Under the pieces are notes generated by a model that was not told the origin of the DNA, did no database searches, and worked only from the letters and a program-made list of their open reading frames with translations. Shown here in pieces: positions 40,291 through 47,476 of a stretch of DNA of 64,000 nucleotides. The stretch lies in the IMG/VR virus record IMGVR_UViG_3300032030_002018. One strand, 5' to 3'. The stretch is from a virus. Its lineage: Duplodnaviria; Caudoviricetes. Both the position numbers and the translations under genes were made by a program. How positions within the stretch are numbered: the stretch's first letter is position 1; each line of letters opens with the position of its first letter.

Positions 40291-40596
40291 TCATCTTCTT
40301 CCAATTCTTATCCTTGAATTATTTCTTCCAACTGAATTTCCCTGTGGTCTTCCGTGATTTACATTAGGACGTTCAGATACTCTTGGATATCTTTGTGGCT
40401 CTCTACGATAAATAACTCTTGGTGGAGGAACAGGTCTGCTGTACTCCCTCACAATAACAGTTCTCGGCGGCGTTGTTACAACAACAGTTCCAACATATGG
40501 ATACGGGTCATATATAATGCCATATTCGTCACAAGAACTAAATGCTATTGCGACGAATATAAATGCTAAAATGTATAATATCTTTTTCATAGGCAA
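40291..40596 (-). CDS. Small lipoprotein, Pro/Arg-rich
   Basis: Lipobox FSSC; ATATTTAT at 40612-40619. Confidence 0.7.
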   Translation of the reverse strand: MPMKKILYILAFIFVAIAFSSCDEYGIIYDPYPYVGTVVVTTPPRTVIVREYSRPVPPPRVIYRREPQRYPRVSERPNVNHGRPQGNSVGRNNSRIRIGRR

Positions 40597-40622
40597 TTAT
40601 TATTTTTACCTATAAATATAAG

Positions 40623-41510
40623 TTATTTTTCGTTTTTATCTTCCTGAATCAATTCAAATGGTTCTTCCTTTGTTTCTTCAACTCTTTTCTGCGCAATATC
40701 ACAGTATCGTCTGTCAATATCAATTCCAATATAATGTCTGCCAGTCCTTTTTGCAACAGCACAGGTTGTTCCAACTCCATTGAATATATCCATCACAGTA
40801 TCTCCACGAAAGCTGAATAGTCTAAGGATTCTATCTGCAATTGCTTCTGGAAACATTGCAGGATGTCCCCATTCTTTCATATTCCTTTCACCAGGAATAT
40901 TCCATATATTGCTCTTTACCCATTCAGAGAACTCTAATTTCTGCATATCGTCAGAGTTGTATGGCTGTTTAAAATGCTTTATATCACCTTTTGAATATAT
41001 CTCAATAAATTCAACCATAGATTTCATATATGGACTTGAAGAACTCAAATAACTACCCCAACAGGAATAATGTACATTGCGATTATTCTTATTCCATATA
41101 ATCTCATTTCGCCATATCATTTTATTCTCAATCATCAATGATGTTATCATATGATGTGTTGGAATAAAATCACTCATCAATGGCATTGTGTTTATTGCGA
41201 TTCTACCACCATATTTCGTTACACGTATTACCTCTTTTAATATTGCGAATAATTGATTGAAATATTCCTCATTGGTGGATGTATCGTCATATTCACCATA
41301 TTCCTTGCCAAAATTATATGGTGGGGAAGTAAAGGTCAAATCAATGCAATTGTCAGGCAATGTTTTTAAAAACTCCAAACTATCTGCACATATAATAGCA
41401 TCATTTATTGGAGAATCATTGTTGACCTTTGAAAAGGTATTGCCATTGGCATAATAATGCAATACCCTTTTGTTCTTTCTCTTATTTATTATTTTCTTTG
41501 TTTCAGACAT
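40623..41510 (-). CDS. DNA N4-C/N6-A methyltransferase, beta class
   Basis: TSPPY, HPAMFP, DIFNGVGTT. Confidence 0.9.
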   Translation of the reverse strand: MSETKKIINKRKNKRVLHYYANGNTFSKVNNDSPINDAIICADSLEFLKTLPDNCIDLTFTSPPYNFGKEYGEYDDTSTNEEYFNQLFAILKEVIRVTKYGGRIAINTMPLMSDFIPTHHMITSLMIENKMIWRNEIIWNKNNRNVHYSCWGSYLSSSSPYMKSMVEFIEIYSKGDIKHFKQPYNSDDMQKLEFSEWVKSNIWNIPGERNMKEWGHPAMFPEAIADRILRLFSFRGDTVMDIFNGVGTTCAVAKRTGRHYIGIDIDRRYCDIAQKRVEETKEEPFELIQEDKNEK

Positions 41511-42134
41511 CTTTATATACCTTTATTTTTAAGGTCTTCTACAACATATAATAATATTTTTTTATTTTACCTAAGTTGTATATACCTTTATTTTTAAGGT
41601 CTTCTACAACATACTCCTACCTTTCTTTTCTGATTCTATGTTGTATATACCTTTATTTTTAAGGTCTTCTACAACATTATTGCAAAAGTCTGCTACGATT
41701 CATAGTTGTATATACCTTTATTTTTAAGGTCTTCTACAACATTTTCTAACTATCGAACCATAAGGCATCTGTTGTATATACCTTTATTTTTAAGGTCTTC
41801 TACAACACATTCGCTAACAAATCCTTTGACTTGGCAGTTGTATATACCTTTATTTTTAAGGTCTTCTACAACAGGGGGGGGATGTGTTGATGGTATGTGG
41901 TGTTGTATATACCTTTATTTTTAAGGTCTTCTACAACTTGGTGCTATGCTTTCAAGGATAAGTTTAAGTTGTATATACCTTTATTTTTAAGGTCTTCTAC
42001 AACTCATTTGGAGACATCCTTTTAGAACCTTCGTTGTATATACCTTTATTTTTAAGGTCTTCTACAACCACCAAGACATTATATAAATGGTGCAAAGAGT
42101 TGTATATACCTTTATTTTTAAGGTCTTCTACAAC
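41510..42134. CRISPR. CRISPR array: 10 x 36-nt repeats (+ strand GTTGTATATACCTTTATTTTTAAGGTCTTCTACAAC), 9 spacers of 29-30 nt
   Basis: Repeats start at 41510 (degenerate), 41575, 41640, 41705, 41771, 41837, 41902, 41968, 42033, 42099. Confidence 0.97.
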
Positions 42135-42182
42135 CTATGACGCATAACTCTTTATTTGTCAGTTGTTTATGACCATTTTTGT

Positions 42183-42336
42183 GATGTAAAAGACCATTAT
42201 TTTAAGGTCGTGGCATTCATTTTGCCACAGTTTTTCTGTTTCATTCTACCACTACTTTTTAGCGAATTGTTTCCAATTGGGTCATCCATAGTTGGGTAGT
42301 CCGCAGACTTAACATCCCCGATACACCTGGGTAGGG
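42183..42336 (-). ncRNA. IS607-type omegaRNA scaffold ending in an anti-repeat (tracrRNA-like)
   Basis: GCGGACTACCCAACTATGGATGAC...CTAAAAAGTAGTGGTAGAATGAAACA core shared with 38649-38790 and 46507-46652; GACCTTAAAA complementary to repeat. Confidence 0.75.
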
Positions 42337-42359
42337 TTTTTAATTGTTTTCCTTCAATG

Positions 42360-43604
42360 TTATTTTGTTTCTGTCAGAATTCTATATCCTTCGTTCCTGA
42401 TATTTATCGCTGCATTTATATCCCTATCGTGTTCTATTCCGCATTGTGGGCATTTCCACATTCTTATTTTTAAGTTCTTTAATTCCTTGTTTTGATATCC
42501 ACAATTTGAGCATATCTGAGAACTTGGATAAAATCTGTCTATAACAGATAAGTTCTTTCCGTACCAATCACACTTATATGTAAGTTGTCGTCTCATTTCT
42601 CCCATATTGGCGTTTGTTATTGATTTTGCTATATGGTGATTTTTGACCATTCCCTTGACATTCAAATCCTCAATGCAAATAGTGTTGATGTTATCATTAT
42701 TCTTCGCCACATATGAAGTGATTTGGTGTGTATTGTAATTTCTTTTACCTGCTATTCTATTTTGTAATTTTGCAATCTTGTCTTTAAGTTTAATGTAATT
42801 TTTAGAAGGAACTTTAACCTCAACATCCTTGTTATACTTGTGTGAAAACACTGTCTCACCGGTTTTTATCCATTTTTTCTTGGATAGTTTTCTTTCAAGT
42901 TTTTTAAGTCTTTTTTCAAGTTTGGAATCCTTTTCATTCGTCGGAAATTTTGTGCCGTCAGACGTAATGGCATTTGAGTCTGTCTTAACACCCATATCAA
43001 TTCCAATAGATTTTTCTATTGATGGAGTTTCCTTTTCTTTTGCCTTAAAATCGTCATCGCATAGAATTGATATTTCATAGTAATCAAATGATTTCTTTGA
43101 AATAGTAAATTGGGTGATTCTACCCTGTATTTTTTTATGCAGTATAATTTTCACCCAATGAGGATGTCTTGGATTTTGTGGGTTAACAATTCTTACAAGA
43201 GATTTTTTGAAATTGAAAATCTTTTTGTTATCAGTTTCTTGTATTTGTATTGCAAATGAATTTCCGTATTTTTTACTTTTAAACCTAGGTTCATCCGCAA
43301 GTTTTTTAAACCATCTATCAAAAGCAGAATCAAGGTTTGACGCTGTATATATATAAGATATAGCTGGTGCTACCTTTAAAAATTCTGTATCTTGATTTCT
43401 TTTCAATACAGGAAGGTCTCTTGACACATCATATTGTGCGCTTAAGTGTTTTTTAGCTGTATCATTGTCTTTGTTTTCTTGATAATGTTTTTTTATTTTC
43501 TCTAAACAGTAATTCCACCACCAAACATTTGACTTAAAACATTTGTCAAAATATTCTTTTTGTTCATCGTTAGGATATATCCTGTATTTATATGCTCTTT
43601 TCAT
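42360..43604 (-). CDS. tnpB: CRISPR-adjacent TnpB/Cas12f-like RNA-guided nuclease (414 aa)
   Basis: AYKYRIYP N-terminus; RuvC-I GIDMG, RuvC-II IEDL, Zn finger CSNC/CPQC, RuvC-III DRDINAAINI. Confidence 0.9.
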   Translation of the reverse strand: MKRAYKYRIYPNDEQKEYFDKCFKSNVWWWNYCLEKIKKHYQENKDNDTAKKHLSAQYDVSRDLPVLKRNQDTEFLKVAPAISYIYTASNLDSAFDRWFKKLADEPRFKSKKYGNSFAIQIQETDNKKIFNFKKSLVRIVNPQNPRHPHWVKIILHKKIQGRITQFTISKKSFDYYEISILCDDDFKAKEKETPSIEKSIGIDMGVKTDSNAITSDGTKFPTNEKDSKLEKRLKKLERKLSKKKWIKTGETVFSHKYNKDVEVKVPSKNYIKLKDKIAKLQNRIAGKRNYNTHQITSYVAKNNDNINTICIEDLNVKGMVKNHHIAKSITNANMGEMRRQLTYKCDWYGKNLSVIDRFYPSSQICSNCGYQNKELKNLKIRMWKCPQCGIEHDRDINAAINIRNEGYRILTETK

Positions 43605-44050
43605 TTTCTGTTAAAATGAGGGTGTCTCATAAAACGCTTGAATTGCTTCCTTGATTCATAATATTTTGCGACTTTGAACTCCTTGTCATATACATATCCA
43701 CAGTATATTCCACCGTTATCATACCATAATATTACTCGGCGTTCATCCTCTTTTACATTGAACTCAAAATGTCTTCCAAAACAATAGCTGTTATATAGCA
43801 CAATAGCCATAGAACCATCAGAAGTCTTCTTGATAATCATTTTGTCCTTATGAGGAACTGGTGCCATATAATCACCATTCCCTAATGATATGAACTCATC
43901 ATTATCAATGTCCTTGTCAAAATGAATCATAATACGCTCAATGGGTAATGAATCAACTACCTCATACTTTGAAAAATCAAATGGTTTCATTTGAGCGAAT
44001 ACAAACGAAGATATTGAAAATACAACTAAACTTAAAATGAACTTTTTCAT
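43601..44050 (-). CDS. Exported protein, ATGA-coupled to the TnpB-like gene
   Basis: Signal peptide MKKFILSL...VFAQ. Confidence 0.7.
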   Translation of the reverse strand: MKKFILSLVVFSISSFVFAQMKPFDFSKYEVVDSLPIERIMIHFDKDIDNDEFISLGNGDYMAPVPHKDKMIIKKTSDGSMAIVLYNSYCFGRHFEFNVKEDERRVILWYDNGGIYCGYVYDKEFKVAKYYESRKQFKRFMRHPHFNRK

Positions 44051-44072
44051 AAAAACTATATATTAAAAAGAT

Positions 44073-44202
44073 AACCGCGTGACGGAATCGAACCGTCATC
44101 TTTCGATTACAAGTCGAATGTTAAAACAGGAAAATTGCTGTTAGTCGCTTTAAAATATCATCAAACGGCATTTACAATATTCTACCATTGAACTAACGCG
44201 GT
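44073..44202 (-). tRNA. tRNA-Thr(TGT)-like gene with about 59-nt insertion between D and anticodon arms
   Basis: All four arms pair; insert about 44120-44178. Confidence 0.7.
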
Positions 44203-44219
44203 TATATATTGTTAAACAA

Positions 44220-44444
44220 TCAATTACATTCAAAAATCTCAATGTTCATCCTATACTTACCTTCCTTGTTTGGACATTGTGATTCATCCCTTTCCTCAAT
44301 GAAAGTTTTCAGACTATGTATATTTCTTTCAATGAATGATTCTAAACTATCTTCTTCACAAGAGAATGTCTGTGAACCATATAATAGTTTGTCTTTTAAA
44401 TTGCGCTTTATAAGTTCAGCACCCAATTCCTCAAAAATACCCAT
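44220..44444 (-). CDS. Hypothetical protein
   Basis: ORF. Confidence 0.55.
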   Translation of the reverse strand: MGIFEELGAELIKRNLKDKLLYGSQTFSCEEDSLESFIERNIHSLKTFIEERDESQCPNKEGKYRMNIEIFECN

Positions 44445-44470
44445 ATATAAAGTTAATTAAAAAGTAATTG

Positions 44471-44559
44471 TTGCGGGAGAAGGATTCGAACCTTACGTCC
44501 GGTTTTTGTCCCGGTCCAGTTTATGAGGCTGGCGAGTTTGACCACTACTCTATCCCGCG
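44471..44559 (-). tRNA. tRNA-Met(CAT), initiator-like C1:A72, with long variable arm
   Basis: Loop CTCATAA; V-arm CCGG-GACAAAAA-CCGG. Confidence 0.8.
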
Positions 44560-44572
44560 ATATAACTATTTG

Positions 44573-44656
44573 ACAAGGTTGCAGGAGTCGAACCTGCTAT
44601 CTTCAGATTTGGAAGTCTGATATGGTAAAATGTAATATCCGTTCCACTCAACCTCT
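44573..44656 (-). tRNA. Atypical tRNA-like gene with 8-nt anticodon loop (CTTCCAAA) and enlarged D loop
   Basis: T-arm GCAGG-TTCGACT-CCTGC; anticodon stem TCAGA/TCTGA. Confidence 0.6.
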
Positions 44657-44665
44657 CTTATAAGG

Positions 44666-45000
44666 CAGACAAAACAACCATATGGCAAATCTGTACAGTC
44701 AAGGCAGTTCCACATCTTCATCGCCCTAGGGATGACCATCTACGCTGCTACGTATTATCAGCAGAGTTGTGCCTTATTCACCACTTAGGTTCTTCCATTA
44801 TTTAACAATGCAAGGTTTTTAGAATCGCCTTGAACGGTAACGATGAAACTCCTTTCATCCCTCATTGCACTTAACTTCGATTGTAACGCTAATTTAAGAT
44901 TTTTCTAAATGACTATGAATACAATATTATAAACTCCACGTCGTAATCGATATTAGGAAGACATAGATAAGCGTTTTCACAAACTTACTGGTTTTGTCTG
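44666..45000 (-). ncRNA. Candidate structured ncRNA, about 335 nt
   Basis: 10-bp terminal helix CAGACAAAAC/GTTTTGTCTG plus several internal hairpins; no ORF. Confidence 0.55.
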
Positions 45001-45008
45001 GTATATTG

Positions 45009-45083
45009 TGGAGCCACAGGGACTTGAACCCTGAACCTTCTGCGTGCAAAGCAGATGCTCTAGCCAAACTGAGCTATGACCCC
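45009..45083 (-). tRNA. tRNA-Ala(TGC)
   Basis: Cloverleaf, G3:U70. Confidence 0.92.
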
Positions 45084-45093
45084 AATATAATTA

Positions 45094-45253
45094 AGCATCC
45101 AATATGTGACCTAAACTGCACTCCTATGGAATTACCCAATGGTCTGTTGCCTATGAACGGATTCACTTTGCGTGCGTGAGTTGTCTCTTTCAGTGAGGCT
45201 CAAGGTTTCAGGGCTGTCACACGGTACTATAAACCTTTTTTCCCTTGGATGCT
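45094..45253 (-). ncRNA. Candidate ncRNA, about 160 nt, 6S-like rod
   Basis: AGCATCCAA/TTGGATGCT and GTGTGAC/GTCACAT helices; CCTTGAGCC motif. Confidence 0.45.
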
Positions 45254-45265
45254 AATATATTTGAC

Positions 45266-45324
45266 AGGAGACATTTAACAAAAACCCTGATTTATTTAAT
45301 AAAAAGAATTGCTGTAAGTCTCCT
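45266..45324 (-). ncRNA. ACAGCAA-motif stem RNA 1
   Basis: AGGAGAC-TTACAGCAATT...GTCTCCT. Confidence 0.55.
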
Positions 45325-45351
45325 TATTTATTTCCTATTTAATCACACAAC

Positions 45352-45413
45352 GGGAACTGATTTTTTCTGATGCATTTCAAGTACATTTAATAATAAAATT
45401 GCTGTAAGTTCCC
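45352..45413 (-). ncRNA. ACAGCAA-motif stem RNA 2 with anticodon-like hairpin
   Basis: GGGAACT-TACAGCAATT...ATGTA-CTTGAAA-TGCAT...AGTTCCC. Confidence 0.55.
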
Positions 45414-45429
45414 TAATTTTTTAACATTG

Positions 45430-45461
45430 CAAATGTATATTATTTATTTTAAATATCCAAA
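45430..45461 (-). promoter_or_regulatory. Bacteroidota-type promoter directly upstream of the ACAGCAA RNAs
   Basis: TTTG-N20-TACATTTG. Confidence 0.8.
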
Positions 45462-45500
45462 TTTTTGCAAAGTTTTTTTAGTTTTTTTTTAATAACTTTG

Positions 45501-46143
45501 TACGTGTGCCGGGACTCGAACCCGGAACTTGCAGTTTCATACCACTCTATGTTACCATAGCCAAACACTCTAAAATTCTTGCATTATTATCCCTATAGTT
45601 TTATGCTGCTCTTAGAGGGATTGCCTAAAAACTTGTGTTTGTTGTGGTCTGGGCTGTCTCTGTACCATATTGAAATTCTTGCAAGATATGAGTGTAGTTT
45701 CTATAACTACCAAGAGCAGTCCCTGTACTGCTGCTTTCAACGTCTTAAGGTTTTAACTTTATACTCATAAATTTCAACTTAGGTATCTCCCGTTCAGTCT
45801 CTACACGATTATAGCTTATTCTCTCCCCTTATTACCATCACTTCTGTAGAGAGTTTACCCACCCGATATAAGCCATTTTCGCTCGGTGTTGTCCTTACAC
45901 ATTATTGTTTAGTGTCCTGTTTATTCAATAAGTATTTCTCAGGGGAGGGTTTCCACCTCCAATTATGCAAACCATAAAGGCATTTTACTGCATACGTCAA
46001 TCGTTTCACTTTCGCCACCTGGGGTCCATCATACTTATCTAAAGGATTTCCACCGAATTTAGGAGATTCTACATAGGGATTTCTCGCCTATGCATCCAAT
46101 TTTAATAGAAGACTGCTATTCTATCCAGTTGAATTACACACGT
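45501..46143 (-). tRNA. tRNA-Arg(TCT) split by a group I intron
   Basis: Exons join to GCAGT-CTTCT|AA-ACTGC; acceptor ACGTGTG/CACACGT. Confidence 0.88.
45538..46106 (-). ncRNA. Group I intron (IC3-like), 569 nt, inserted after position 36
   Basis: 5' exon ends in U, intron ends in G; P AAATTCGGTGGAA, Q CAACACCGAGCGAA, R GTGTAGAGACTG, S GAGACAGCCC. Confidence 0.85.
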
Positions 46144-46157
46144 CTGTGTTTTTTTTG

Positions 46158-46228
46158 ATGCCCCAGAACGAGTCGGACGTTCCTAACAAGAGCCAAAATC
46201 TTGTGCATTACCGCTATGCTATAGGGCA
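46158..46228 (-). tRNA. tRNA-Gln(TTG)
   Basis: Cloverleaf; T-loop TCCGACT. Confidence 0.88.
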
Positions 46229-46233
46229 GTATC

Positions 46234-46347
46234 AGGTATCTATAAAACAACTGGAGTTGCAGGATTCGAACCTACGTATCATCATTATTAGTGACGCATC
46301 TTAACCTCTTGATTAAACTTCACGTTTTAGATTGCTGTAAGATACCT
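46234..46347 (-). ncRNA. ACAGCAA-motif stem RNA 3 enclosing a tRNA-like fold (46251-46322, anticodon AAT)
   Basis: AGGTATCT-TACAGCAAT...cloverleaf...AGATACCT. Confidence 0.65.
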
Positions 46348-46351
46348 TTTG

Positions 46352-46424
46352 TAGCCGGCACGGGATTCGAACCCGTATGGGCAGAATGAAAATCTGCAAT
46401 CCTAACCTGTTAGATGAACCGGCC
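46352..46424 (-). tRNA. tRNA-Glu(TTC)
   Basis: Cloverleaf. Confidence 0.92.
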
Positions 46425-46430
46425 ATCAAG

Positions 46431-46503
46431 AGCGGAAGACGAGATTTGAACTCGCAACTTTCAGCTTGGAAGGCTGACGCTCTGCCAATTGAGTTACTTC
46501 CGC
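46431..46503 (-). tRNA. tRNA-Gly(TCC)
   Basis: Cloverleaf. Confidence 0.92.
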
Positions 46504-46506
46504 ATA

Positions 46507-46652
46507 CTGTACGCTAAATTCTGAACAAACTTGTCTGTTCATTATTAACTTCTTGTTTCATCCTACCACTACTTTTTAGTACCTCATAGCTGAGTGTGTC
46601 ATCCATAGGAGGGCAGTCCGCAAGCGTAAATTCGGGTGTACAGCACCCTACG
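46507..46652 (-). ncRNA. Stand-alone IS607-type omegaRNA scaffold without tnpB
   Basis: Homologous to 38649-38790; own promoter at 46688-46719. Confidence 0.75.
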
Positions 46653-46687
46653 TTTAATAGATAAATACTCATTTTTTATTTACAATG

Positions 46688-46719
46688 CAAATGTACACTA
46701 TTTATTTGTAAAAAACAAA
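46688..46719 (-). promoter_or_regulatory. Bacteroidota-type promoter
   Basis: TTTG-N20-TACATTTG. Confidence 0.8.
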
Positions 46720-46736
46720 TTTTCAAACTTGAAATA

Positions 46737-46946
46737 TTATGATTTTAACGTTTTTTGCATTTCCTCATCCTCTAAATCATCAAGTTCAGACATTAAATCA
46801 TATAACTTCTCATTTTCAGCCTCATATATCTTTAAACTTTCATTACGATGATATGGATGGTCTATTCCTAATAAAGAATTCCTTACCTTAATACATTGGT
46901 CAGCAATCTCAATTTTCTTCTTTTCAAGTTCTGTTAATCTCTCCAT
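46737..46946 (-). CDS. Small coiled-coil protein
   Basis: Start moved to MERLTE, downstream of tRNA-His. Confidence 0.6.
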   Translation of the reverse strand: MERLTELEKKKIEIADQCIKVRNSLLGIDHPYHRNESLKIYEAENEKLYDLMSELDDLEDEEMQKTLKS

Positions 46947-46963
46947 CTTCCAAATCATTTGAG

Positions 46964-47037
46964 GGAGTCTGATAGGATTCGAACCTATGTAAACAAGTGC
47001 CACAAACTTGCACCTAAACCTCTCGGCCACAAACTCC
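46964..47037 (-). tRNA. tRNA-His(GTG)
   Basis: G-1:C73, cloverleaf. Confidence 0.92.
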
Positions 47038-47050
47038 ATATATATTTATG

Positions 47051-47123
47051 TGCGCTCTGACAGACTCGGACTGTCAACTCCCAGATTAAAGGTCTGGTAC
47101 TCTGCCAATTGAGTTAAGAACGC
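47051..47123 (-). tRNA. tRNA-Lys(TTT), C33
   Basis: Loop CCTTTAA. Confidence 0.85.
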
Positions 47124-47130
47124 ATATACG

Positions 47131-47204
47131 CGCCCTGGGATGGGTTCGAACCACCGACATTTTGATTAACAGTCAAACGCTCTAACCAACTGAGCTACCA
47201 GGGC
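47131..47204 (-). tRNA. tRNA-Asn(GTT)
   Basis: Cloverleaf. Confidence 0.92.
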
Positions 47205-47279
47205 AGTTGTTGCAACTTAATTTGTTAAACATCAGAGGTTGCAACTTTGAATGTCCAAAACGCAAGGAAACATTCATTG

Positions 47280-47367
47280 TTGGCTTGGAAGGAATTGAAC
47301 CTTCACAGACATTTCTGTCTCTACATCCTAATTGTAGTGCGTCTCAACCATTTGCGCCACAATACCA
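47280..47367 (-). tRNA. tRNA-Leu(TAG), bulged acceptor stem
   Basis: Loop ATTAGGA, long V-arm. Confidence 0.8.
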
Positions 47368-47378
47368 ACATTATCTTT

Positions 47379-47466
<88 letters not shown>

Positions 47467-47476
47467 TGATTGTTTC

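Noticed and set aside
41706-41924. Plus-strand 72-aa ORF with repeated YIPLFLRSSTT
   Set aside because: Translation of CRISPR repeats
41510-42134. Cas13b or Cas9 as cognate effector
   Set aside because: No large HEPN or HNH protein in this window; use by a host effector in trans cannot be excluded
44666-45000. RNase P RNA or tmRNA assignment
   Set aside because: No GAGGAAAGTCC/CGGCTTA P4 strands; no tRNA-Ala-like ends
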